The notes: a model not told the origin generated them from the sequence alone. A stretch of DNA of 64,000 nucleotides from Deltaproteobacteria bacterium (GCA_016875165.1 VGSF01000018.1:399-64398); one strand, 5' to 3'. Counted from the first letter of the stretch, positions 19,730 through 31,704 are shown. Made by a program: numbers and translations.

Positions 19730-20073
19730 CTTCCTCCGTCCTTCCTTGCCCTCTCCTCTATGTCCTTTGTTCCAGGGGATATTTTGCTTTATTCTACCAC
19801 ACTTCATTTATTGGGACACGGACAAACACAAAGAATAAGGTTACGGCACGGATTTCCCTCCCTGCGGGCGCGAACCCGAGCGGTGAGCCGACCGTTCACC
19901 TGGCCTTCAATACCCCCCTGCCTGACCCCAACGTCCCCTTCGCCAAGTCGGTCTAATCTGGCGGAGCGGCGACCTGCATAAGAATAAGGGCTTAGATATT
20001 TCGGTATTGATTAGCCGGTCTTTTGGGGGATTATAAATAACGAAGCCCCATTTTTTTGGCGCAATCAACTTCT

Positions 20074-20346
20074 TCAATCAACGATTGCCCGCTCTGGCGA
20101 AAGGTGTAAACTCGATAAAATCTGCTTGACAGAATTTTCAGCCCTGATACCATTTAGTTGATAAACCATCGTTTGTAGAAACATTCCAACCTGCCCATCA
20201 GCCTTCTGGGATTTAAAATGAGAATGTGGGGTTACCAGAAGATGGTAATGTGAAGCCTCCAAGGGGTTCATACATCCCTTTGGAGGTTTTTGTATTTTAA
20301 ACCGCTTCGAATTAAAGATGAAAAGCGACCGTTTAAAATTCATCAC
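20074..20346 (-). pseudogene. Possible fragment of a further Y1/HUH transposase
   Basis: SHYHLLVTP resembles an HUH motif region. No Tyr motif follows and the similarity is weak. Confidence 0.2.
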
Positions 20347-20449
20347 AGCTATGCGTTAAACGAACCCCCCCTGAAGAGATAGCCAGATTGCTAAGATCAA
20401 ATCATGTAAGAGATTGCAATTCATACTGCAAAACTAAGGAGGGACCACC

Positions 20450-20687
20450 ATGCCGTTCATCAATATTAAGGTTCTAAAAGGTACCTTGTCAGAAGAGAAA
20501 AAAAAGGAAATGATTTCTCGGGTGACAGAGGTTGTGGCGGAAATTGAAGCTCGTCCTATTCCGAAAGAGAAACTTCAAACCACATACTTGGTGTGTTATT
20601 GAGGAGGTTGACTTCGGAAGCTGGGGCATAGGGGGGGATGCTGTCACGCCAGAAATGCTCAAGGCGGTATTAGAAGGCAAAACATAA
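20450..20687 (+). pseudogene. 4-oxalocrotonate tautomerase-family protein with a frameshift
   Basis: RBS AAGGAGGG, then MPFINIKVLKGTLSEEKKKEMISRVTEVVAEI.. stops at 20600-20602. The expected continuation ..VIEEVDFGSWGIGGDAVTPEM.. is in the +1 frame up to the TAA at 20685-20687. Confidence 0.55.
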
Positions 20688-20920
20688 AGTGGGGATTTTA
20701 TTTCAGGGGGGGTCGGGTAACTTGGCCGGGTCCGACCCGGAAGGAGAGAGGCTGTCTAAATTGCAGTTCTCCTGAAATCAATGATGAAACCAATGATTGA
20801 CAAGCTTTGTTAAAAGGCGTAAATTCCTCGATGTAATGCACAGGGGAAACCCCCACGTTTTTAAACCGGGGCGAACTGAGCTTTTCGGGTCCCCTATTTC
20901 TCGGCCTTGGAGGTGAACAA

Positions 20921-21220
20921 ATGTCCACCAGATCCACAGCGGAACTCCTTGTCAGAATGCGGGAGTTGAAGCCTAAAATTATGAAGCACTACAAGGCCAA
21001 GGAAATTGAATTGTTCGGGTCCATTGTTCGAGGAGAACAAAATCAATCGAGTGACATTGACATTCTGGTAGATTTTGCCGAGGGGGCCGACCTTTTTGAC
21101 CTAACAGGTCTGGCCATCTTTTTGGAAGAAGAGCTTGGCAGAAAAGTGGATGTGGTCCCAAAGCGAGCCTTAAGAGAAGAACTCCGGCAATTGGTTCTCA
21201 AGGAAGCCATGCCTGTATGA
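20921..21220 (+). CDS. MNT-type minimal nucleotidyltransferase (antitoxin of a HepT/MntA pair)
   Basis: [22 protein letters not shown] motif and a 4-nt overlap with the following HEPN gene. Confidence 0.8.
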   Translation: MSTRSTAELLVRMRELKPKIMKHYKAKEIELFGSIVRGEQNQSSDIDILVDFAEGADLFDLTGLAIFLEEELGRKVDVVPKRALREELRQLVLKEAMPV

Positions 21221-21555
21221 GAGGCTACGGATTGTATTTGAAAGACATATTGGCTGCAATGGAAAGTGTAGAGACTTTCGTTGAAAGGATGGATTTCGAA
21301 GAATTCCGCGCGGATGACAAGACTGCCAGCGCCGTTATCAGGAAATTTGAAATCATTGGGGAGGCAACAAAAAATATTCCAGAAGACATCCGACGACGAT
21401 ATCCTCAGGTTCCCTGGAAAGAGATGGCGGGCATGAGGGACAGGCTGATTCATTTCTATTTTGGTGTGGATTATCAGCTGGTTTGGACAACAATAAAAGA
21501 ACGCCTGCCCATAGTTAAGCCGCAAATTCAGAAGATTTTGAAAGAATTAGGCTAA
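21217..21555 (+). CDS. HepT-like HEPN (DUF86) toxin
   Basis: [17 protein letters not shown] contains the Rx4-6H HEPN motif. Confidence 0.8.
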   Translation: MRGYGLYLKDILAAMESVETFVERMDFEEFRADDKTASAVIRKFEIIGEATKNIPEDIRRRYPQVPWKEMAGMRDRLIHFYFGVDYQLVWTTIKERLPIVKPQIQKILKELG

Positions 21556-21599
21556 CAAATGGACCAATATTTCGAGGGGAAATCACCCCATTTTTTTTC

Positions 21600-21767
21600 T
21601 TGACATCATGGATTAGATTTCATAAATTCGTATTAATTCTTTCCTGCCGTAAACAAGTAAATCCAACAGCCTAACCCCCAACTTTCTGGAGCCTGGCATG
21701 AAAAGGTATTTCTGGAAAGTGCCAATATGAAGGCCCCTCGGGGTTTTAAAACCCTTTGGGGGCCTTT
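21600..21767 (+). ncRNA. Candidate small transcript F1: promoter, 10-codon ORF, terminator hairpin
   Basis: TTGACA (21600-21605)-N17-TAAATT. GGAG then ATG at 21698 encodes MKRYFWKVPI, stopping at 21728-21730. Hairpin GGCCCCTCGGGG-TTTTAAAA-CCCTTTGGGGGCC plus a T run at 21729-21767. A homologous copy is at 24042-24217. Confidence 0.3.
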
Positions 21768-22062
21768 TAGTAAATTCAATAAAACCTCTTCTGATTTCCA
21801 GTTGAAATCCATCTGCCCTAAAGTGCATCTTCATTGGCAGGAAGATCGCCACACCTCAAGCCGGCAGTTCCCGGCTGGGTTCTTGATATCATGGGTAAAG
21901 CCGCAACCTCTTTTTTCTTTGGCGCCGGTTTATTGTTTTTCTGCATTTTCATATTGGAAATGTTCCATATAGGACAGAAGCGCTCCCCTCAGTTGAACAA
22001 TTGAAATCCTCTTATAGTTGATGAATCGGAGCGAGCCAAGATCAGAAGGAAGGAGAGCTACA

Positions 22063-23542
22063 ATGGCAGATGAGTTTATCGGGTGCGACGCAATCGGTTT
22101 GGGGGAATTGGTCCGCAAGAAGGAAATAAAGCCGGCCGAGTTGCTCGAGGTCACGATCCAGCGGGTCGAAAAGATGAATCCAAAATTGAATGCCGTGATT
22201 CACAAGATGTATGACCAAGCACGGGAAACGGCAGCAAATTGGAGTGTGGCAATCCAAAAGGGAAAGGCAGAGGGGGTAATCTTCTGCGGCGTTCCCTTTC
22301 TTATGAAGGACCTCTTTGCCGAATACAAAGGAGCTCCCTTTCATGAAGGTTCCCGGGCGGTCAAGGGATATGTTTCAAAAATAGATAGCGAGTTAGTGAA
22401 GCGCCAGAAAGCTGGCGGCTTGGTCATTGTGGGAAAGACCAATGCAGCTGAATTCGGGGCACTGCCCACAACCGAACCCATTCTTTATGGACCCACCCAT
22501 AATCCCTGGGACCCGAGTTTAACCCCCGGGGGGTCAAGCGGCGGGTCGGCGGCGTCTGTAGCCGCAGGGGTGGTGCCGATGGCTCACGGGAACGACGGCG
22601 GGGGGTCGATCCGCATCCCGGCATCTTGCTGCGGAATCTTCGGCTTAAAGCCCACCCGGGCAAGGAATCCCCTGGGCCCGCTTTTTGGGGATATTGGCAG
22701 CGGAATTCTCTATGAGCATGCGGTAACGCGCACGACGGGATTCGGCGGCTCTCCTGGACGTCACCTCCGGACCGGACGTAGGGGATCCCTATTATGCACC
22801 CCCCAAGGAACGCCCGTTTCTTGAAGAAGTGGTACGGAATCCGGGTCGATTGAAAATGGGCTTCTTGACCCGCATCCCTGATGGCTGGTCCGACAGAACC
22901 ACGATACATCAGGATTGTGAAAACGCAGTTGAAGACGCCGCCCGGCTTTGTGAGGGGTTGGGGCATACGGTTGAAGAAGTGGATCCGGGCCCCTTGAGCC
23001 ATCCCAATCTTCCCGCAACTTTCGGCTTCATTTTTTCCTGTTTCCTCGGCCATGTGGTGGCGTATTGGGAAAAGGAATTAGGGAAAAAAATCAAGCCGGA
23101 TGAACTGGAGCCCATAACCTGGGGAAGATATCAAGGGAGTTTAACCCGGCCTGGGGGAGATTACCTGTTTACGATTGAAGAGGTTCAGCGTTTCTCGCGG
23201 AAAATGGCACGCTGGTATCATGAAGGAGGCTATGATCTCCTCTTGACTCCGACGATGACCATTCCGCCAACCAAACTCGGCGCCTTCCAGTCAACGCCGG
23301 ACGACCCGATGAAGTGGCTTGGGGTTGCTCTTGGCTTTTTGGCTTTCACCCGCGTTCAAAACATGACCGGTCAACCGGCCATGTCCGTTCCCCTATTCTG
23401 GAATCAAAACAACATACCGATCGGGGTCCAGTTCGCCGGTCGTTTCGGGGACGAGGGGACCCTCTTCAGGTTGGCAGCCCAGCTGGAACAAGCGCGGCCG
23501 TGGAAAGATCGATGTCCATCCATTCACTGCCGGAACATGTAG
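22063..23542 (+). pseudogene. Amidase-signature enzyme split by a single frameshift
   Basis: [14 protein letters not shown] signature. The frame changes near 22725-22735: ..HAVTR in frame 1, [23 protein letters not shown].. in frame 2. Could be an assembly indel. Confidence 0.7.
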
Positions 23543-24041
23543 CCAGGTTAGCGAAAAACTGGAGGGCATTATTTAAAAGCTTTTTAAAAAACTAATTTCG
23601 CCAATCTAATGATTTTGAAAAAAAATTCTATGGCTGGAATCTAAAATAGATACTTGGGACAAAGGCTATGTGGCGGGAAGTAGTGGGGGCGAAAGGATCT
23701 TTTGAGTTACGAGAACCCTTAATATCTTACGAGGATGATTTTGGCCTTAAAAACGTGGATTTAAGGATAGAAAATGCCTTCTATTGGGATATATCTTTTT
23801 GAAAAACAATAACTTGGCCGGGTCCGACCCAATGCTGTTACTTTTACCCGATAATCTTCAATTGCTTAGACATGGAATCGCTGAGCATTAGGTAGAAGTG
23901 TTAAATTTGGCAGGAGGACGGAATTTCCTTTAGAAAACAAAGATTTCTTCCTGTAATCTTCAATTCTTAAAATTATACAGGGATTCAATATTTCAAACAG
24001 AAAACAGCAAAATGGGCCTAAAAGGGAAGGAAATTTTTCCC

Positions 24042-24217
24042 TTGACTGACCTTGAGATTAAGAGTATTTTTTTGGTAATAGTTCCCCTCTCCCGTAGCCA
24101 AGTAAACCCAACAATAAAACCTTTAACCTTCTGAGGATAAAAATGAGAAGGTGGAGTTTCAAGAAGGTGCCAATATGAAAGCCCTCAAGGGGTTTTGGTT
24201 TCCCCTTGGGGGCTTTT
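24042..24217 (+). ncRNA. Candidate small transcript F2, paralog of F1
   Basis: TTGACT at 24042. GAGGA then ATG at 24143 encodes MRRWSFKKVPI, stopping at 24176-24178. Hairpin GCCCTCAAGGGG-TTTTGGTTT-CCCCTTGGGGGC plus a T run. Confidence 0.3.
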
Positions 24218-24436
24218 GATTTTTAACCAATTTTGAACTCCCCCGTAGCGAAACAATTTTGTAACGCTAAGGAGTACTGGCCCTAATTAAATCATCAAAT
24301 AAAATCATAATGGACCCCGAAATTTGGACAGGATGATATGTTACACTTGGGAGAGAAAAAGAGGAGGCCCAAGTGGAGAATTTGAAGAAGCAGTATCCGC
24401 CGTCGTTTACTACTATATACTCCAACGCCATATTTA

Positions 24437-24595
24437 TTATTTTCTTTCCCATCTTTCCCACGCTTTTAAGACCAGGCGGCGGGTGCGGTATTCGCCGAAT
24501 TGCCTTTCCTCTTTCTCTTTGAGGACGTGGAAAGTTTCGCCGGAGAAATCAGGGCCGCAAACATCGTTGAAATCGAGAATGCAGCGAAGTTCGTC
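24437..24595 (-). pseudogene. C-terminal remnant resembling the tail of a restriction-modification methyltransferase/helicase
   Basis: The minus-strand translation DELRCILDFNDVCGPDFSGETFHVLKEKEERQFGEYRTRRLVLKAWERWERK-stop resembles the ..FPVLKRKE..GEYRTKRLVLEAW.. tails as I recall them. No upstream body is present. Confidence 0.3.
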
Positions 24596-24939
24596 ACTTC
24601 ATCACTGGTCGCGCGAACTCAATACCGAATTACCGATGCCTGACCCCAAAGCCTCTTTTCATTGCAATTGAATTATTTAAGGGCGTCCCCTTTTCTATCA
24701 CTTTTCTATCAGGCGAGCAAGGGGAGAGTTTCCCCCTTTTCACTTTCCAATACCGATTGAAGGAGGGCGGGCGGATCTGGCCTCCGACAATTCTGAAGAG
24801 TAAAAAGAAACTTGAGATAACGAATTTCTACTACGTGCAATCGAACCTGGTGCTTCCGGATGGCAAACTTTTTAGGTTTTTACCTCAAGGCATTATAATA
24901 GTCCCTAAAATTTAGAATGTGACATAAGGAGGTGTTACA

Positions 24940-25773
24940 ATGAAAAGGTCTAACCGAATATTTTTATTAAGCGTTTTCCTATTGGCTTTCAGTAACGTTG
25001 CCTTTGCTCAGGAGGACAGAAAGGGGTGCAGGGAGCATCCGATGTTTACCCGGATGCCCAATTACTATCTCAATAATTGTAAAGAGAAAGACTTTCATCA
25101 GGCTGAATTCGTGGATGAAAGGGGAAAGGATATTAAGGTTGAAGGAAAATATCACTGGGCTGAATACGAAATCAAAAAAGGTCACAAAGCACCAAGTGAG
25201 TTAGAGATTAGGAGAAATTATGAAAATGCCATCAAAAAGATAGGCGGTGTAGTTGTTAGAGAAAGTGGTGGTTTATCATATCTAAAATTAACCAAGGAAG
25301 GAAAAACATTTTGGACAGTTGTTTTTCCAAGAGGGGGTGGGACTTACTACGAACTTACCGTTGTTGAAAAGGCGGAGATGGAACAGAAGATTGTAGCGGA
25401 TGCCAAAAGCCTAATGAGCGATATTCAGGCGAAAGGTAGTGCCTCGGTCTATGGAATCTATTTTGATTTTGATAAGGCAGATACTAAGCCAGAATCCGAA
25501 CCAGCCATTAAAGAAATTGCAAAACTTCTTGAGGAGAATAAGGGGCTTAAGCTCTACGTGGTGGGGCATACAGACAATGTTGGAACCATTGACTACAACA
25601 TGAAGCTTTCAAAGGCCAGGGCAGATGCGGTGATGAAGGAGCTGGTAACCAAACATAAGATCTCTGCTGATAGGCTTAAGGCTTATGGTGTGGGATCTCT
25701 GGCTCCTGTTACCTCAAACAAGACCGATGACGGCCGCGCGAAGAATAGAAGGGTGGAGTTGGTGGAACAGTAG
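24940..25773 (+). CDS. OmpA-family protein with signal peptide
   Basis: Signal peptide ..SNVAFAQE and a C-terminal OmpA-like domain (VVGHTDNVGTIDYNMKLSKARADAV .. NRRVELV). Confidence 0.8.
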   Translation: MKRSNRIFLLSVFLLAFSNVAFAQEDRKGCREHPMFTRMPNYYLNNCKEKDFHQAEFVDERGKDIKVEGKYHWAEYEIKKGHKAPSELEIRRNYENAIKKIGGVVVRESGGLSYLKLTKEGKTFWTVVFPRGGGTYYELTVVEKAEMEQKIVADAKSLMSDIQAKGSASVYGIYFDFDKADTKPESEPAIKEIAKLLEENKGLKLYVVGHTDNVGTIDYNMKLSKARADAVMKELVTKHKISADRLKAYGVGSLAPVTSNKTDDGRAKNRRVELVEQ

Positions 25774-26031
25774 AAGAAAGCGAACCAAAGGGATTTGAAA
25801 TTTCATAACCCCTCCTACCCTCCCCTTATTTTAAGGGGAGGAATATAGTGTAGTGGGTTGTGTCTTTATCTCAAATCCAGGAATATAAAACCCCCTCTTA
25901 AGATAAGAGGGGGTTAGGAGGAGTTATAAAGAATTCTCCTCCTAGGTTAAGATGGGTTGAGGGGCAAAAAGATGTTGGAAGAAAATTCTCAGATTCTCAG
26001 TGTCTAAAATCTATTCATAAGGAGGATGACT

Positions 26032-26691
26032 ATGAAAAAGATTGTTCTTATGGGTTTAATTGCTTTCGTTTTGTTAACCGTTCAGTTTGCTCATGCCCAG
26101 CTGGGAAAAACTGCTGGTCCTCGGTTCTATTCCGAATTTAAGCCGGTGGTGGGTGGATGGTCAGAATACGAGATGACAACAAAAGGCGAGCCATCTTCAA
26201 AGATGAAGGTTGCCATTGTTGGAAAAGAGGGAGATGCCTACTGGTATGAAACTGTGATGGAAACAAAGCGGGAAGGAAAGGTCATTACAAAAATGCTTGT
26301 CTCTGGAAACCCGGAAGATCAGAAGAACGTAAAAAGGATGATCGTTAAGATGGGAAACGAACCTGCCATGGAGATGCCGGTTGGGATGATGCAGCCTTCA
26401 AAAACACAGGAAAAACCGGGTAAACTGATTGATAAAGGAACGGAAACGATCAAAGTTCCCGCCGGGACCTTCAAGGCACAACGTATGCAGTATCAAGATC
26501 CCGAAGGAGTGATGGATACATGGGTTTCTAAGGATGTTTCCCCTTATGGAATGGTCAAATCCCAATCGAAGGATTTTGAAATGGTTCTTCTCAGGTATGG
26601 AACTGATGCAAAGAGTCAAATTACGGAGACTCCTCAAAAATTCGAGATGCCCCAGATTCCCCAGAGACCTGAAAGACGCCCGAAACGATGA
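26032..26691 (+). CDS. Secreted hypothetical protein
   Basis: RBS AAGGAGG, then MKKIVLMGLIAFVLLTVQFAHAQ signal peptide. No family recognised. Confidence 0.5.
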   Translation: MKKIVLMGLIAFVLLTVQFAHAQLGKTAGPRFYSEFKPVVGGWSEYEMTTKGEPSSKMKVAIVGKEGDAYWYETVMETKREGKVITKMLVSGNPEDQKNVKRMIVKMGNEPAMEMPVGMMQPSKTQEKPGKLIDKGTETIKVPAGTFKAQRMQYQDPEGVMDTWVSKDVSPYGMVKSQSKDFEMVLLRYGTDAKSQITETPQKFEMPQIPQRPERRPKR

Positions 26692-26835
26692 GTAACTCCC
26701 CCCTTTCCCCTTCTTACTCTAAGAGGGGGAAAAAGAGTTACCCCTCTTGAAGTGGGACGGAAATTGGAGGAGTCATCCCTCTTGATCCCAGGCATCGTAA
26801 GGAGGATGGGGGAACGGAGCTATAAGGGGTGTGAG

Positions 26836-27792
26836 ATGACGAAGAAACGCTTACGGGTATTTCTGAGTGCTTTGGTAGTGTTTTCTATCCTGCCACAAGC
26901 CTTGGAGCCTAAAAATCTTGCTAAGGTCAACGCAGTTGACATCCTAAGGGTAAAAGCTGGGTCAGGTCCCAATGAAATCGGGATAATCACTCCATCGGAA
27001 GCCAATCCCGAGGGACCCATGAGTTTTGCCCTAAATGAAAAAGGAGAGATCTTTATTCTCGATCAGGAAAACTCCCGCATCCAGGTGTTCAAGGAGGGGA
27101 GAAGAATAAGGACAATTCCTATCCCATTCAGGACATTCATGGACATTGATGTTTTACCTGGCGGGAAGATCGTCTTGCTTGACAACCTGACCAAAAAGGC
27201 TGTCTATTTTCTTGAGCCCAATGGTAAGGTTATTCATCACCTTCCTCTGGCTGGGCAAAATGTTCCATATGCTCCCGAAGTGGAAGGTATTTATAGCGTT
27301 CATAGCGGAGATTTGGCTGGTGTCTGGCTTGACTTGGGTGGCAGGTCGGTTAGGATAGCTTCCCTTGAAGTAAAGCCTTTTTCGGATCGGATATCGGTTT
27401 CCGGAAGGTTGACACTGGATGGAAAGCACCTGATGAGAGCTGAAAAGATCGGGGATGTTACGGCCGTAATCTACTATTCCCAAGAAAAATTCTCAAGATG
27501 GACGCAATACACCATTACGTTTGATCTCTATCTTGCTCATCTGCTCGGATTGTGGAGCGATCGCAATGGAAGAATATATCTCGGAGCATTCCTCGTTGAG
27601 GAGCCTAAAGCCTCAAATATTTTTGTAGTCCTTACTCCAAAAGGCAAAGAGTTAGGGCGGGTAAAACTTTTCGTCCAAAAGATGCCACATGAAATCCATC
27701 GCTCGATTCGAGTCTCCCCTGACGGACACATCTTCCAGATGGCATTGGATGAAAAAGGAGTTTTTGTCAGGAGGTATAGTTTAACTAACTGA
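26836..27792 (+). CDS. Secreted hypothetical protein, possibly beta-propeller/NHL-like
   Basis: MTKKRLRVFLSALVVFSILPQA signal-like N-terminus, and a segment like GEIFILDQENSRIQVF. Confidence 0.45.
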   Translation: MTKKRLRVFLSALVVFSILPQALEPKNLAKVNAVDILRVKAGSGPNEIGIITPSEANPEGPMSFALNEKGEIFILDQENSRIQVFKEGRRIRTIPIPFRTFMDIDVLPGGKIVLLDNLTKKAVYFLEPNGKVIHHLPLAGQNVPYAPEVEGIYSVHSGDLAGVWLDLGGRSVRIASLEVKPFSDRISVSGRLTLDGKHLMRAEKIGDVTAVIYYSQEKFSRWTQYTITFDLYLAHLLGLWSDRNGRIYLGAFLVEEPKASNIFVVLTPKGKELGRVKLFVQKMPHEIHRSIRVSPDGHIFQMALDEKGVFVRRYSLTN

Positions 27793-27914
27793 GACTTCAA
27801 GATTTCATCAGGGAATAAAATTTTCAGGCCAACAAAGACTCCGCGATAACCACGGAACATTTAAGAGGGACATCCTCCTTTTATAGGAGTTAGGCTTAGA
27901 GATTTTTGGGGAAT

Positions 27915-28463
27915 ATGGAAAAGAAAAGATTCAGATTGAGTCACTTTTATGAGCGAAAAGGGAGGAAATGTACTTTACTCAAAATATTGGCATTGCTCCT
28001 TGCGATTATTCTTATGAATCTTTTTCTTGCTCCCTCACAATCAATTGCTAAGAAAAAATTTGGAAAAACCTTACCCATATCAATCAATATAAGCAGTAAA
28101 TGGGATTACCAACCAGGTAACCATAGAATCATAGGCAATTATAAGGCCACTCTCACGGGGACGGCTAATTTAATAAAGGAGAAGGGAGAATTTTTAAGAT
28201 ATTCCTCAGAAAATCTAACCGTCTCCTATGAATATAAAGAGGATCACATTGAGATGAGTTGGGACGATCCATGTTTTGGAAAAGTCGTTGGACAGAATTC
28301 TGGAAGCGGGGATGCCAAGTTAAAAACTTTTCTTGTTGATGTATTTCTTGGTCAGACAGGGAGATTTACGTGGGTGGCCTCTCAAGGTAGGGCACCGACA
28401 CCAGAAGAATTAAAGGCACCAAAGGATGTATATCAGGTATCAATGGTGGCTGAGGGAAAGTAA
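27915..28463 (+). CDS. Hypothetical exported/membrane-anchored protein
   Basis: ATG at 27915 and a hydrophobic segment LKILALLLAIILMNLFLAPS. No family recognised. Confidence 0.4.
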   Translation: MEKKRFRLSHFYERKGRKCTLLKILALLLAIILMNLFLAPSQSIAKKKFGKTLPISINISSKWDYQPGNHRIIGNYKATLTGTANLIKEKGEFLRYSSENLTVSYEYKEDHIEMSWDDPCFGKVVGQNSGSGDAKLKTFLVDVFLGQTGRFTWVASQGRAPTPEELKAPKDVYQVSMVAEGK

Positions 28464-28480
28464 CCCTCAACGCTCACTTA

Positions 28481-28658
28481 AATTGACCCACTTATGCTCA
28501 ATAGAATTGACCCACCCTAAAAGTGTATTATTGCGCGCGCAATATGAGAATATTTTCACTCAACTATCTGATTTTTAAGCATTGTGGCTATACCTATGCT
28601 TATATAACCTGAAGTACTCCTGCCTGGGTTATTTTTCCTTAGCATAAGTGGGTCAATT
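28481..28658. repeat. 178-nt element bounded by perfect 18-nt inverted repeats at the CRISPR trailer end
   Basis: AATTGACCCACTTATGCT (28481-28498) and AGCATAAGTGGGTCAATT (28641-28658). An extra AATTGACCCAC half-site is at about 28505 and an internal perfect palindrome ATTGCGCGCGCAAT is present. Confidence 0.5.
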
Positions 28659-28704
28659 CCTATGAGTGTCAAAGTATTTACCGCCATCGATCAGGATCTT
28701 TTTG

Positions 28705-29545
28705 GTTTCAATCCTTGTTTTTATGGAACCCGCACTTCAACTTTGACAAAATCAATGATCGAAGAAGCCTTGAAAATGTTTCAATCCTTGTTTTTATGGA
28801 ACCCGCACTTCAACAGTTACTCATTCAGGAATTACAACTCCTTATATATTGTTTCAATCCTTGTTTTTATGGAACCCGCACTTCAACCGGAATTCGTGCC
28901 GCTGTCAGGATTCTCCTGACAGAGTTTCAATCCTTGTTTTTATGGAACCCGCACTTCAACAGTGCCATTCCAATTATCCAAACCACTGACATGGGGTTTC
29001 AATCCTTGTTTTTATGGAACCCGCACTTCAACAGTATGTGGACAGAAGTTAATCTTCCATTTAGAGAATGTTTCAATCCTTGTTTTTATGGAACCCGCAC
29101 TTCAACCTGTTCCTAGCGATTCTGCTGGCATCGTTTCTGAGTTGTTTCAATCCTTGTTTTTATGGAACCCGCACTTCAACCATTTCATTTTACGGCATCC
29201 GCTTCGCGGGCAGTTAGTTTCAATCCTTGTTTTTATGGAACCCGCACTTCAACCTATAATTTATCCCCGTTATCTGGCCACTAAAGAATGTTTCAATCCT
29301 TGTTTTTATGGAACCCGCACTTCAACCATAACGTTTAGAGAGATAATTAAAAGGGAGTCGAAGTTTCAATCCTTGTTTTTATGGAACCCGCACTTCAACT
29401 ATATTAATACATTACATACATTACGTACATTACTTGTTTCAATCCTTGTTTTTATGGAACCCGCACTTCAACGTAAAATGTATAGATACATTATACATTT
29501 TTCCTACGGTTTCAATCCTTGTTTTTATGGAACCCGCACTTCAAC
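28705..29545 (-). CRISPR. CRISPR array, 12 repeats and 11 spacers
   Basis: Twelve identical 37-nt repeats GTTTCAATCCTTGTTTTTATGGAACCCGCACTTCAAC start at 28705, 28778, 28851, 28924, 28996, 29070, 29144, 29217, 29290, 29363, 29436 and 29509. Spacers are 35-37 nt. The reverse complement ends in ATTGAAAC, so transcription is inferred on the minus strand, co-directional with the cas genes. Confidence 0.97.
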
Positions 29546-29714
29546 CCAATTTCTCGATTTTTTAAATCCTTTCTTTATGTTTTTCTCTTTCTTCGCCGCC
29601 TCATTTTTCACAAAAACAGCCGCAATTACCAATTTTTCACCCCGTCTTTTGTCCACGTTTACAGGGTTTTATCATCAAAAAGCCTTTACTTTTCAAGTCG
29701 TTATTAGATTCTTA
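29546..29714 (-). promoter_or_regulatory. Putative CRISPR leader
   Basis: AT-rich 169 nt between the cas4 stop and the first repeat on the inferred transcribed strand. Confidence 0.55.
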
Positions 29715-31621
<1,907 letters not shown>

Positions 31622-31704
31622 AGGACCAACCTCATTATCGATCCGGTTGTTTGATAAAATCATTTACGGAGGATTTAAACCTTTTCAAAATATCGTCAAG
31701 GCCG

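Noticed and set aside
19840-19990. Cobalamin or other known riboswitch upstream of the larA-like gene
   Set aside because: A B12-box-like string (GGCCAGGTGAACGGTC) is only a partial match. The order of the other elements does not fit the cobalamin consensus, and no other class matched from memory. It is kept only as an unclassified structured-region candidate.
23668-23802. 44-aa ORF MWREVVGAKGSFELREPLISYEDDFGLKNVDLRIENAFYWDISF as a gene or gene fragment
   Set aside because: It is too short, has no RBS and matches no family I can name. It may be a C-terminal remnant, but I cannot support a call.
28481-28658. Trailer-end inverted-repeat element as a Tn7-like/CAST transposon end (multiple half-sites next to a I-B array)
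   Set aside because: No tnsA/B/C or tniQ genes are present and there is no second end with arrayed sites. The half-site does not start with the TGT terminus typical of Tn7-like ends.
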